Source: Oculina patagonica (lineage: Eukaryota). From it: a stretch of 64,000 bases of DNA. The DNA lies in assembly GCF_052425735.1 (NCBI RefSeq), contig NC_135763.1, forward strand, positions 23,188,001-23,252,000, read 5' to 3'. A model generated the notes under the pieces. That model ran no database searches and was not told the origin of the DNA. It worked only from the letters and a program-made list of their open reading frames with translations. A program made the translations under genes and the position numbers. Shown piece by piece: positions 35,101 through 50,100 of this stretch; the stretch's first letter is position 1; each line of letters starts with the position of its first letter.

Positions 35101-38100
35101 TTTTTTCTTTTTCGAAAGGGAGAGGGGAAAAAGAACGCCTGATACATTTATTTAACCAGCCACCAACCGCCCCCTAATTTAAATTAAATAAACTAAAGTG
35201 TCGTCGAGCTGTCAAACCACTCTTGTAGTTGGCGGCAAATTGAGACTCGGAATTCTACCAGGCGTGAAAAATGTCTGCATAAAACTTCGCCGTGCTGACA
35301 TAAAAATGCTTTTAGTAGCAGGGTGAGATGGCGCTTGCGAACATGTATTTATCAGCTGTAGATGCCGTCCCTTTATTTCAGCTCACAAAAAAAAAAACAA
35401 GTAATTCACCTACAAGAGCTGTTTCACGACAGATAGGATCATGTCGCGTTTGTAAACATTCCAACACCTCAGGAATATCGGGAGTAAATTAAACTTTCCC
35501 GAAACGCATTGGAAGAACTGCCAAAACATTTTATCGAAACCAAATTACGCATCGTCGCACAGTCTATCTGTTCTGCCTTCAGACAATTACACTTGAAATA
35601 TGTCAGGGCTTTAGCTAACGTAGAAGAGAACTCGTCCTCGCAGTAAACACGCCGCTTCTAAGCTTCTGACCGGAAGTCTCGTTAAAGTACGACAGCCAAT
35701 CAGTCCACACCACTTCATTGAGTATTGTTTCTCGACCAATCAGAAGAAAAACCAGAATCCGGTTTTTTTTACATGACTTTCGATAAGCAAATGTATCATG
35801 CCCTCCTTCCCCCGCTCAGCAGTAAGGAGGGAGGGCATGATTTCAGGTTATAGCTTAACCAGCTATAAGGTGATGGACTCTCACCTCCCACTCTCAGTTG
35901 TACGGAGACCATGTCTTCGTTAAAGGTGTTTTTACCAGTACATGTGTATGTCCCTCCATGGATCGTCTGGGTGTGCTCAATGGTCAGTACACCGTTGTTA
36001 CTCTCGGCCCCATCAGGAAGCGCACCATACATGCCACGTGTCCACTTGAGCTTGTAATCAGTGACACTCTTAGCTCTGCACGTGAACTGAGCTGTTTGGT
36101 TCAAAGAAACGTGAAGGACTTTTGGTGACACTGACACGCTGATGGGATCCACGCGCCGAGCTAATTCATAACACAAAAGACGATATGATTAAAACACCCG
36201 TACCCAAATTACAACAGAAAGACGAGGCGAAAGCCAAAAGTTTCAAGTATATAATTATGACAATAAAAAGGTCAAAAATGGAATAAATCTCACGTGAATC
36301 TATCGACAGTTGCGGAGGAGATAGAAAACAAACGCCATTACAAGTTGAGGTCCAACAACGGTTACTACCCCGAGATAAAGAGAACGTTGTTTTGAAAATC
36401 ACGATAACAAACTTGCTAAGATTACTACAAAATCTGAATTATCATCATACCATATCATCACGTCGTTTTTTCCTAAAGAAAGAACGTTCAAGCGCAGAAA
36501 CCTAATCGCGTAATTCTCGATGTTTTGAAATATCTTCTTTTGTCTTTTGCCCCGTGCGGTGTCACGTCCCAGCTTCGACGAGCTGGACTAAGGCCAAGTA
36601 AACTCAATAGACCAAACACAGGAACGTTTCCTTTTCCTATAGAAGTTTTATTTCAAGCACGCGCTATTATAGGCTGAAGTTGGAAATGGCGGAGTTTTTA
36701 AACTAATCTATTATCTCAGGTATCACTGTTTCGGATAAATGAGATTACCGTTGAAAACTCTTCGCGTTTCTTACCTTTAACATTCAGTTGCGAGGTAGCC
36801 GTTTCAAACCCGTACACATTTCTAGCAGTACACACATAAGCTCCTTCATCTTCTTTCCTGACTCTCCTAATCAGCAAGACCTTCCCAGACACAACCACCC
36901 TACTGGATAACGGCTTTCCATTCTGTCGGGACCACGTAATTCTTGGTCGTTGTTTTCCGCCAGCAAAACAGTAGAATATGGCATCTTCTCCTTCCGTCTT
37001 TGTTCTTTTCCTGGGCCTGACTATTACAGTTGGCATGAATCCCGCTAGAAACAGAGGAAATTACAGAATAAACTTTTAGTCTGAGCGATGTCGGTCTCAA
37101 TATGGGCAAAGACGTTTGGAATAAAATTTTAAACGAAAAAACATTGTCAAGAATGAAGATACCCCCGGTGGGAAACTATGATGTAAACATCCCTCCTAGT
37201 GCAACTCTTTTCGGCTTGTTCGCTCTTGCTACGTCTATCACGAACAGGAACCCTTATCACCTTTCACCCGTGCATAAACCAGTCTACGGACAAATGCTAG
37301 TTTTGATTAATCTTCATAAAAACACTTAAAAATTTTCCGATACTTATTGCCCAGTCACAGATAGTACGAGCAACTCCGAGGACTGTGTTTGTCAGCTAGG
37401 GAAGATGTCACGTTACCAAGCAGTATCGCAGCCCAGCCGTAGACAGCACGATCACTTAATGGAACTCTCAGTGATATCTTACCTGGTAGTTTGACACACT
37501 TTTGGCCCGGTTTGGTAGGATCGCCACTATATCCCTTAGCACATCTGTAAACATGTAAAGCCGTTAAGGTTAAGCCCCAGTATAAAAGTATGAAAGGTCA
37601 GAATCAAATAAAGGAAAACCAATAAACTAACGAAGGTTAAAGTTATTCACCACATGAGCTGGAAAGGGAGTCATTCCCTTTCCCTTAACGTTACGTTTAA
37701 TTGCTGAAATGGTAAGCCTTAAAATGTTCAAAATAAATTTAACAAGTTATTTGAAAAAGAAAGCATCGCACGGCAACTGACATGGGTTTATCAACGTGTC
37801 CTTCTTGCGATTGTGGATTACTGTATAACTAAAGGTTAACACCACCCGCTTTGTTAGCTATTTATCGAGTCAGCTCAAACTGGGAGTTCGGTTCTAAAAC
37901 CCCCGTGATTGGGTGTTAAAAGAGTATGTAGAGAACTTGTGTCCATGACAAAGGAAGGTTTTCGTTACCTGTTACAGGTCCTACCAGTGTAACCAGTTTG
38001 ACAGGCAGTGCAAGTCGGTTGACCGTCTGAATCAATCTTACAGACCCGGCTGAACCTGTTTATTATATACGGAAAGTCAACGTTATTAAAGGAAACAGCC

Positions 38101-41100
38101 AACAATACCTATTTTATAAACGGATTTACTGTGTCACTCACTGGTTCGAAGCAGTAGTCAAAGGGCATGGGCATGGTTCACAATCTTTGGGCGTTCCTTT
38201 CGTGGCGTCACCATAGAAACCAACTGCACATCTTTCACAGTGGAAGCCTGTGGTGTTGTGATCGCATCTCTGGAAAAAATGCCATTAAGATGTTAAATTA
38301 ATTTTACATTTTCTGTAGGAAGAAATTGATCCAGGAGAGAGAATAACCTCCAATAAGTTCTCTCATGAGAGGACATACTCTCTATGCGGGGAGGGTACGG
38401 CAGTGTAAGGCTGGACAAGGTCGGGCGTTGACTTGAATTTTTTCCTCTTTTTTTTTCGACTAGGTAAACTTTTTATGTTTAATTATTGGTAAGAGGAAAG
38501 CTTCACGTGGCATATATGGACATATCATCGGTCACACATTTCCTGCCGGGTTGCAATGAGCTATCAGTTTAAATATTTATGATGTCTCGTATGGGTCCCG
38601 GCGGCACATACCCACATAGAACAATACATATACTTACCCTACATTGTCCTCTTTCCGGATCACATTCCTTTGAATGTTGATTACAGGAACATGGCACACA
38701 GGGAGAGAAATCCGGGCCTTGGGACGAGCGTGTGTATCCAAGGCCACAGCGCTGAAATGTAGAACAGACAAAGAAACTGGCGTGCGCTCATCAAGTCATG
38801 GATGTGCACAGGAAAGGCACGACAAAGGCGTGAGGTGCTGCCAAGAAGGTTTGCCTAGCTTCTCATGTTCATTCTTAACTCGTTAAGTATGGAGGAGTTT
38901 GTTTTTATGCTACACATAGGCGCAAAGAAATACAGAAAAGCGAAATCTATTCGGGCTTTTAAAATCTCGTTGTTTGATATGCGTAAGCGCGGTGAACGAC
39001 TAAGATAAAGATATTGGATTTAACAAGGGGTGAGAAAATGCCATAGATCCAAACATTCATTTCTGGTCTGTTTACAATGTAAAAGTGTTCAAGCATAAAT
39101 AGTTTAACAGTGGCAAAACAAATTAAATTAAGTTCTTGCTTATAACTGGATTAACCTTTCCTGTGGTCCCTGCAAAAAGTTCACACGTGCACGACATTGA
39201 AAAAGGGAATGAAAAAAGCATTACATATCGTTATATTGTGTTTTATGAACAGACGAGAGGAGAAAACACTGAGATTGACACGAAAAGTGATCCACCGGAA
39301 ACATTTTCTATGTGAGCCTGCAAGCTTACCTGACAAGACGTTCCAGAGTATTCTGGTGGGCATGCGCACTGTTCGATGTTTTTGGCTTTTCCGAACCTTG
39401 TTTCTTGAGGGATAGCGGTTTCCAAATTGACACTATAAAGGCTGGTGAACAAAAACAATTGCTTAATGTAATAAAATTATTGTCTAATACAAGATTTCAC
39501 ATTGTTCATTTGCATTTCTAATTAATGAAAAGGAATAACGTACTCTGATCTTCATTCTGCCATTTCGGATTTTATAAGGTTTTTAAGAGTCCTTTCCTTA
39601 CAATCTTACAATCTGATAATAGAAGCAACCCTGTGACATCATATCGGCTAAAATGGTGGCCTACAGAAAATTCATACCCGAAATCGTTAGTATTTGTTTC
39701 CAATTGCGTTTTCAGTGCATCTCAACAGGTTTTCAGTTTAGACATTGAATATTTCTAACAATGTAACAGCTATTTGTTCCAACGGTGGTAGCTTAATATT
39801 GGAAGCTTGCAAAAGCCCCCGATGTTTGTTCAATGTGAATTCTCACTTTTCGACGTTATAATCTTTTAATCAAAACTTACAGAAAGTTTAGTAGTCGATC
39901 ATTGCTTGGGGTTAACAGCAATGTTAACATGCCAAGCTTACTGTAACAGCAAGCTTGTTACAAGAACCCTAACCTGGCCTTTGTTGTGGTGGTACTGTAC
40001 GTCGCACGGACTAAGATGCTTTCCACAGAAGACAAGAGTGTCATCACAATATCTCTTGTTACACGAACACCGTCCGGGTACCTTAACCAGCCCTAATAAG
40101 GTTAAATCAGTTTGAGAGGCAACACAGGTTATACAGGAAAAAAAACATACAACTCATTATAATTATCTTAGACGTTAAGACATGGTTAATAGTTTCACAA
40201 TAATAAAGTCGACAAGGACTTTTCTGTTCTTGAATGGCATTTCAATACTGAGTTGTTCATGCTATTATATTATTTGTTCGTTCACTGTACTTACCTCGGA
40301 CAGTTTGAGGCCGTATGTCTTTTTCTGTCCTCCCTCGAGGGGCCTTCTATGACGAAAAGTAAGAACAATTCCTCTTCCCTGAAAGGTCAAAAAACCAACA
40401 CTTTGAGAAACAGTGGGATAGTCACTTTCACTGACCAGAAAAGATTTGGCAAACTAAAACAAATTTTTGGGGAGAAACCATCAGTATTATCTTCGGAAGA
40501 ATCCATTTTAATCACGTGGTCAAAGTGTCAGACTGTGTATGCCCGATATAGCACGCCTTAGTTGGTTGAATTTTATAAAAGATGTAAGCTTGAAGTTTAG
40601 CTGCTGCTATGCCGGGTGCTACGGTAGATTAAGCCACTCGACCTACCCTCAGTTGTACGTCTGTATCAGTGGTTAGTTCGCCGTCTGGCTTCATCTCGTG
40701 TGACACCGTGTAACGCAAAATCCCGTCATAGCTTGTCATCTGTAAAAAAGTGAATGAATGAAAATGAATGTATACGCGCTTGAGATCATTTTTCATACAG
40801 ATCCAAAGAGGATAGTTGTATAAACTGGTAAATGAACGTCGATTACATACGTCGCTGTGATTACCAATAACGACTTTCTTCTAACAATATCGACACATTG
40901 TCAGGCAGAAAATTAAACAATATTTGAAGGATTTGCTTGCCATGTATCACCACATTATCCAACGGGAATGGCGCTGGCGATTAATAAGGAAATTAATGAA
41001 TCTGCAGTCCGTGTTACAATTAGTTGAGACACTTCAATCCACTTGAGCACAGAATTCATGTGTCCGTTTTTGCATCTCACTATGTGAAGTCTCAGATTAT

Positions 41101-44100
41101 TCATATCAAGACTGAGAGAGAAAGAGGGGGGAAGTGTCCCAAAAATTGTGAAATGGATTGTGGCTTGGGACAAAAAAATTAAGGTGCATAACTGACAGCT
41201 AAGGGAGTTCAAAGAAATCGCTCTTATTACCTAAACAAACAAACAAACAAACAAACAAACAAACAAACAAACAAACAAACGAACGAACAAACTATATTCA
41301 CCATATCTCCTCTAAATTCCCGGCCCAAGAACCAGTAGTACGTCGCTGCTGGTAACTGGTCAAACTTGTCATAAACATAATGTCCCGGATCACCCTCTAC
41401 TTGGAAACCCGAGCTGATAATCGAGTCACCTGACAAGTCGGAGAGTCGTAAGAAGTTTGGACCGTCTAGTAGGGCAATACGCAGACGAATCTGAAATATA
41501 CACACGTTGAGGTAAAATAAAAAGGAACTACATCAAAAATGAAAATGATATAGCAAATTAATACATGTAACGTTGCGGGTATCTTGTACTACTTTCACCG
41601 GACCTTCAGTATCAGACGAATTTAAAGGAACAGTGTCACCATGATTTTGTGTTACTTGAAAATGCAATGAAAGTGTTGGTATTAATAAGAAGCCGCTTAT
41701 AATGGCCTGACATTGCTAAAATGTACTTTACAAATCATGAAAATTGTTCATAGGTGGTTTGGCTACGGACGGATATGACAGTCAGAGTTCTAAAACTTTG
41801 AAAACGTCTGGCAGACGTTTTCAAATTCAACAGTGCCTACTTGGAACAAAATCGCATATAAACAATTAATTCCATTTATTCATACCTTTTAGAATGGAAT
41901 ATGCTTTTCTTTGTTGTTCAAACGCTTTTTTTGTTGATCACTGAGTGCACCCTCATAACTCTATCATAGTTAACACCTAAACGTGTAAGAATTCCCGTGA
42001 TACTGCCATTTAAAGCGCTGTACAACGGCACTTCCACGGTATTTTTACATAGAAACATTAATTTTATTTGCGGATTAAACCCCCTATTATAGTCAAAGAT
42101 AACTGACTTTCCATTTATCCATCAAAAGCATTTGACGTCAACTAAGCGATCTGGCTCTTTTGAAAATGAACGCGTACAGGACTGCCTCAAGTTATGGGAT
42201 TTCCTCCTATGAGGTGATCATACAGCGAACTAGTGGGAGTTCAAATTTATTCCAGATATCTCCGCCCGCAAATTAATTATTCACAATTTATACATCGTAT
42301 GCAAAGAAAGCTTTAGCAAATGATTGTAAAAGAGTAAGATTAGCCAGCATACTTACCGTGTCTTTGTAATAATTGGCACATTTACAATCATTCGTCAAGC
42401 CAAAACAGAAGCACGACACACACCCCTCAGGCTCGTCCGACTGCAAGTTGAAGAAGGATCGCTTGCACCTGTCACACGTCTTGCCTTCCACATTTTTCTA
42501 GAGACACAAGAGAAAATAACCGTGAGATACTACACGCACTCTGATTGGCGGAAATCACTTGCAAGTCACAAATGTGATGGCATGCAACAGAAGGTGGTTA
42601 TCATTTGCGGACAGCACATTTTTGTTACCAAAAACTGAAACAGTATTAAAAACGTTGTCTCGTGGAGATCGGCAGCATTCCATCACAGTTATGATCAACT
42701 TCGCGTTTTTTTAAGTTTTCACCTTAACCCTTTCAGTGCTGAATTTCTCCAAAAACTGGGTTTTTTTTTTACCGTTAAACTGAATTTTTGATGCTACGAT
42801 CCTGGATTTCCCTTAACTTTACTTAAAAAGCACTTTTCCACAATGCAGCAAGATTTTGAGGAAGATTCCATTAAAAAATGTACAAAAATGTACTTTGGTG
42901 CATGCGCATAAGCCAAAATTTGGACTTTCTTTTTTTTTTTTTTTGGCGAAATCGTTTCCATTTTTTTTTCTTGCTCCTTTTCCTTTCGTTTCTCTTGGCT
43001 TTGTTATTTCCACTTCTTTCTACTGTATCCGTCCTTCCTTTAGACCAAAAAAGTTTTGATAAAAACATTGGTAAACCCTGTCAAGAGGACCTCGATCTTT
43101 TACAGGTGTTTTGGCCTTTTTAAGCACCGATTTTGCACTAAAAAGTGATTGACTTTTTCTCGATTTAGCTCTGTTAGGATGCGACCGATACGCAAAGTGA
43201 ATAGTTCTTTGAAAAGGTCAAACCTAGCTCTATCAGATGCTTATCACCAAAATCTGCTGACTTTCAAATTAATGACGTCACAAGTGGTTCATTGACTGCT
43301 CCTCCAAATGTCGACAAAAGTCGACTTTAGCACTGAAAGAGTTAAAGATACGCTTTAACCGAAATGAAAGAGCAGACTTATTTAAAGTTTATTTGATTTT
43401 CGACCTTTTCTTGCCGTACAAATGGTACGTCATCGGGCACCCGGGATTTAAAAGAACCGGAAAACCGTTTTTGGGAGGTTATCTATAGCGAGTTTTAAAT
43501 TGAAAAGCTCTTGAAATTAACGTTTCTGATAGCTTAAGGAACAGGAGGGCGCCAAAACTCACAGTAGAGAATGGATTTTTCTACTTTGTGTATTAGACTT
43601 ATCCGGTCACTGTGAATCTTAAAAGGTCAACAAGGAAAGCGTTTGGATAGATCGCACGAGCGATTTTAAAAACTTTGTTAAATTTTGGGCATTCATCCTC
43701 TTACTTACATGGTGAAGCACTTCTAGTGTACATTTATGGTTTTTAAAGATGATTTAAAGGTTTCATTTGAACTTAAGAGTAGCTTTATGATGTCCAACTC
43801 TTTTAATTCCTGACCTAACATTTGGCTTATAAGATCACTACAACTTCTTTTGCGGCGTCAATCATTAATCTTGTACAGGATTTTCCACTTGTCTCTGTCT
43901 GATCCGTCTTTCGATTCTGTAACTGACACTGTCCACGACTGTTCAACGAGACCTAACTACGAAAATCCGTACGAAATTTTTGACCTGAAGCGGCCTTCAA
44001 TCGGCTTTTTAAACAATCAATGACCTATACCGTAAAGCTCTATTACAGAGATTACAGTTCCTAAGCTCTCCCTTTCTACTTAGCAGCCCCATTTCCCAAG

Positions 44101-47100
44101 ATGGAAAGCTTTTACAAATTCTGAACATGAAAAGAACAATTTTTTTAAGTTGAATATCCGTCCATCATATTTGTTTTTAAAACAAAGAACAATCTGCTCC
44201 TTCTATTTATGATCGATTATAAACGCAAGCTGTGACTAATGAGTTGTAAGCGTCCCATTCCCTAATATTTAAAAGTTCCCCCACTCCCTCAGGGAATTTA
44301 AAGCTTTTACGGTAAGCTTTTTAACTGGTAGCTTCTACCCAAATGCGGACCAAAAAGGGACATTTTATAAACTCATTTCAGTGCTCCGCAAGGGTACGTA
44401 CATGCTTCCTTTTTTTGGAGGGGTGTGAGGGGGGAATACCTCCCCACCTCCTCCGTATCAAGACTTATTGACTGTCTCATTTATTTTCCATCTGTAAAAG
44501 ATTGCCTGTCACTATCAAAGAACGTGTTAGTGCCTTGTTGTTCTGTATAAAATCAAGATTTTTTGGATTTTATCATTCCTTGTTTCTCGTTTTATTTTTT
44601 GTCTTCCAGCTCCCGTCAACTGAACTATTTCCTCGCGTTGATGTCACTTGTCACAAACCACTCAACATTGTAAACGATAATACGAGCACGTCCCATTAGA
44701 AAGATGTCGGCCTTGTCGGGTGGTTAGATAAGCTCATATCACAATGCTGGGTTGATCTTGGGGTCTGGTTAATGACAATTGTTGAAAATCACACAAAAAA
44801 GTTTTTAGTCATAACAAATGCAAGAAGAAAATAGAAAATACGGCTGCGTGATAAAAAAAAATCAGTGTTCAGTTTTCTATTAATCGTGAATTGTGAAATT
44901 ATACGAGACATATAAAATGAGAATGGATGTAAAACGCACGGTTCAAGGAGGAAAGAGTAGCTAAGATTACAGCACAAACATATTACTGAAAAAGCCCGAT
45001 TTTCTATGCACACATTTCAATTCAAGAAAGAAATAGGTGAAAGGTCACTCAGTTTGATGAGTGTGCATTCATATTTCACCAGCAAAATTACAACCATTTT
45101 GGATCACAGAGGTATAAACACAGCCAGTATAAACTGTAACAAAATCAAATTTAAAGAACGACGAAGAGAGGAAACGTTTCAGCCGAAGAAAAAAATGCAT
45201 CTGTTAGAAAAATTACTCTGGCTTTGGGTGGGCATGCATGGGTTTTAATTAACACAGTTAATCTCGTCTTCTTCAGAGAGAAAGGCTTCTCGATTAAATG
45301 GTGTAATAGAAAAACCTTATTTGTAGTAAATAGTTACACTACAAGGTTCCGATCTAAGCGAAACACTCGAAAGGGAGGAAAACTGGAGCAGCCGTAAACG
45401 CTCTTTGGAGCCGCACAAACTGCAATCCACGAATTATCGTATCTGGTATTTAAACATCTCCGCAGTTGTTGCTGGAACATGGCTTTAGTCTCAGTAGGTC
45501 TAATCTACCAATAAGTAGTTAAGCTTACCTGGATTGAAACCGTTACCGTACAATGCAGGAAAACAACAGTAATCACAAAGAAATACCGATTCATTGTGCA
45601 ACAGAAGGGATAAGCAGCTTTCGCTTGGAAGATTTTCCAACCTTCTTTACGACAGATAGCTGACTGAGATGACACTCAAGATTAAGATGCGGAGAAGTCG
45701 CGTTTTCCTCTTCCTTGGGAGAATCTACTTTCATGAAATGAGATTTCATTTGATCGATAGTAAGATTCTCAATACGTGTCATCGTGGATGACCATGACAA
45801 CTTAGGAGAGTGCTTATTGAAACCCAATCCGGTAGCCTTTGACCATGTTCTGCGTTTGCGATAAAAGCCCGCGAGATAAGTGATGATCTGGTTACTATGT
45901 CGGCATCTTCACACCTTTTTTGCACGACAGGACGCACGAAAACGAGAATCTGAAGAAAACTGAGTTGAAAGAAGCTGTCATTTGCATAACGCGCTGGCAA
46001 AGACTTCGTAAAAATAAAAAAAGCGTTTGTAAATCACTCGCTTTTATAAACAGCCTGTCAATATTTTAGAAGCGAAGTAAATCAGTGTGACTTGAGTGTA
46101 ATGAATAAAGGTTATCGATAGCCTTCTAACCTTATCATCCTCACGAAATGGCTAATTAGAAATTTAAAAGTCAGAAAAACACGACAAGCTTTCGGAGCGT
46201 TGTTTATACTACAAAGTTTTCCCACCATAAGCAAAACAAGTCTGGGAGAGCTGTAACGTGGGAAAATTTCACGTCCGGTTCAAGACAAAGTTGATATCTC
46301 GATGCATTGCAACGAACAATTTCCGTAGTTTCTCAGGAATTTTACTCCTCTCAGATCTTATCACAGGTAACATGTTTTAGAATGAAATGATCCTCTGCGT
46401 AACTGACACTTTGTATATTAAGACAATGGATTGTTAGACTTCCAAATAGCGTTATTTATTTACTTTGAGAAGAGCTGTTTTCCTTTTAGTCCAAAAATGT
46501 TGAACAGGTTTATTAAAACTGAAAGTAAGTGATAAGTAATGGTTGTTTTGTAGAATACTTCACTACACGTCAAAAACGTTTTATATTAGGAAATACAACA
46601 GGGCAAGCTTGCTGTTTCTTTTAATTAAAGTATGTGCGGCTATTTAGGAAAAATACATTAATCATTAAAATAATAGGCAGGCAATTTATTGGAAAACAGT
46701 TGTGTCCTAGATAAGAAGGTACCACAAATAGGCCACACACGAAAAAAGAAACAAAAATTCTGTTTACTTGATTTAACTTTGTTTCAATTAGATTAAGGGT
46801 GGATCTTTTTTAGATCACGTCTCGAAAGAAAATTACACGGTAAAATGAACAAAATTATAAATTATTTTTTGCGTGATTGTAGTTGCACCTAATTCAAATT
46901 GAAGCTTTTCCTAAGTGATCATTTGCTAACTGCTATCTCCTTGTCAAAGGTCCATCAAGTGCCGACAAAACAAATTACCCCACTGCACAGCAAAGGATGC
47001 GATAACAAGCGTCGAGCGGAAATACTCGGACGACGAATAACATAAACAATAGCCTTATTAGAACTCAGTATCACGATAAAACTGTAAAACGTTCGGAGCA

Positions 47101-50100
47101 TCCAAAGGTTAATGTTAGTGTTAACTGAGTTTCTGTTTTTGTTCACCAGCAACAATTCATCAAGCGATAAATCGACCGCCAAAGAAAGTGCACGAATTCC
47201 GGCCTCCATGGCACCACAACAACGAGCAAGTGAGACCAGGACTGGTTACCAAGCAGATTGCACCGCTCTCCTCTCCTCTCTGTACCTCTTGGCTATTGTT
47301 TATGTCAAATTTGCTTTTTGTTACTCTTTGCGCTTTTCAATAGGCATAAATTTTACAGCTCAACGAAGAAAAGGGGAAATTTGCCAAGAAATGGAAACAG
47401 TCGCAATTCTTCGTCCTTTCCAAGCTATCCTTATAGCTGTTACAGCTATGTAGAAGTGATTCTGTAACCAACTCTTTCACCGAATAATTAGGTTACCCTA
47501 CCTGACTGCTGGTTACATGGTTACTCCAGTTTGTGCATATTATCATCTCTTACCTTACAAAAGCACTGCCTAGTGACAGGATCACAAGAGCTGTTGACGC
47601 TGCCACGAACATCACATCCGCAATCAAGTTCTAAAAGAGAAAGGAAAGGGAGAAAAATGTAACTAATAGCAGGAGCTTGTGAAAAGATCAACGCATTTTG
47701 TCCTTCACTCAGTTAAAAAAAAGTCTGTCACTAACAGCTTTCACGACATATCAATGCTACAATTGCTTAGAGAAGATTGTAGTTCATTAATCAAAGTGCA
47801 CTATGTCCTTGCAGAGAAAAGTGTCTCTTTGAGGTAAACTTTGCAAAAGGTACAGAGTTGTATCTATGTAAGATTTAAAATGAATCGTAAGTTAGCTATT
47901 TGACAATCTTGAACATCAATTCCTTTACGTGTAAGTGACAAAATAAAAAGAGTCGAAATCAGATAAATTCTTACCCAGCTTGCAGTTCCCTCTAGGCTCG
48001 GTCGGATTTCCAACATAAGGCCGAATGCATCTGAGAAATGAACATGTATTGTCGAATGTAGTAAAACGTTTTCACGAAAAATGTTCGTAAAGAGGTTTTA
48101 TTAATTCCCTACGGCACGTCAATATTATCTTCTCATTGGAAGAACCAAAAAGCAGAACTGAAAGAAAACAACCAACTAACCAAACAAACAAACAAACAAA
48201 AACAACAATGAGATAACGACAAACCGTACGAATAACAACTATCAACTTCAAATGTTCACATTTTTTTTAGTTGATAAGGAACCAAGTTTTTAGCGATGCC
48301 AAAAGTAGTGGAACAGCGGGACAAGTTGATGGTGGACGAATCACATTGAGGCAGGGATGTCGATCCTGCAGTACATCAGACTGACCCCAAACAGAAAACT
48401 TTGAACGCAAAAATCATCGTCATCTTCATTATCACATGTAAGTCTATAGAACTTAACAGGACAAATAATGCGTTTGTAAAATTCGAGATTCTGGTTCTAA
48501 AAATGACGTTTGTTTTCCTTAGGTAACTAATTTTGCATAAGCGCTTATGTGGTCGAGCATTCAAACATTAAAAAGAAATTTTACAAATAAAGATAACACA
48601 GTTAAAAATCCCGACTTGCAGGGTGCAAACCAGTTGGCTATTTACAAGCGTGGCCGAGGAGTTGAACTCGGGTCTATCGTAAAAAAACTTCAGGTGGTGG
48701 TCAGAACGGGACTTGAACCCGGGTCCTCCGGGTGTCAAGTCCGGCGAGGCCACGCTGCCTTTCTAATAAAATTGCATCGATTTACGAAAACCTCTCGAAA
48801 TTACAGCTCATTTTAAAACGCTGAGAGAACTTTCTTTTCTGAAAATACACTTACGTTTCCGTTAACTTACCTGTCACACCTTCTGCCGCCATACCCTGGT
48901 GGGCATGCGTCACATGTCGGTTGACCATCTTCTGCCATGAAGCACGTGGGACTAAACCTAGCAACCAGTCGAAGTGTTGTTAAGGTTCGTCACAATGACG
49001 TCGTGTGAAAGTTTTTTTTACAGTGTTAAGTTAAATAAAGAAACAGAAACAGAAAATTGATTTTGATTGGAAAAACCTTGACAAAAATGATTACTATTTT
49101 GTTTAAATGCATGACCGATTAAATGAAATGGTTTTTTTTTTTTGTTTCTTTCCGTTTGGCACCTTTTGTTTCGTATTACAATCTGGTTCCCCTTCTACAA
49201 GCTTTTCTTAACCACCTCAAATGCTGGACAAGATTATGTCGCCACTCAAGAGAATGTTTCTTTGGCCTCCTTACTTACCTGTTTGGTGGTGACGTCATTG
49301 GGCAAGGACACGGCTTACAGTCCGACGGTTTTCCAATTGTAGCGTTTCCATAGAAACCGGTAAGACAATTGTGACAGCGAAAACCTGCAGTGTAGTGTTG
49401 ACAATTCTGTTGAAGTAAATATTTTTTAGTCACTAAGTGAGAACTAGTTTAACATTAAAACTGACTATGACTAGAACCACTGACCTTGCATTCTCCGGTC
49501 TCAGGATCACAGTAGTTATCACGTGAATGTCCGTGACAATCACATTTGATGCACGTGCCAAGGTACGGGCCAACACGTGAACGATAGAAACCCGGTTTAC
49601 AAGACTGTCAAAAAGAAGAATACTAGTAAGAAAAAAGAAAAAAATGCGTTTCACTAGTTTAGGCAATTTTGTCACACCCAGTGGACTAAGAAGATCTCCT
49701 AAAACAGCTAGCCAGTTTCTTTTGGGGGTCAAACTGTTAAAATTAATAACCGAATCACAAAAATGATACCTAATCTAGTTATATTTTGTACTAAAGGTCA
49801 ACATCATTTGTCCAGTTTCCTTTAATGGTTATTTCGAATTACAAACAAGCTTACATACCTCACAGGACAAACCCTGGTATTCCAATGGACATGCGCACTG
49901 CTCAACCGAAGAAGCACGTGACTGATTGGTTACGTCATTAATTGCAATGTCCAAGGAAACTTCACGCAAACTGCAACAGTAAGGGAAAAAGAATAAATGG
50001 ACTAAAGAACGAACGATCGCATGAATGAATGATTGACTGCTGTACGGATGACTATTAAATCATTTGTACATGCACAAATCATCGATCATACGTTGTTTGT

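Noticed and set aside
43820-43953. Possible extra minus-strand exon in the large intron
   Set aside because: The two phases I translated reach stop codons, with no domain similarity and no convincing donor.
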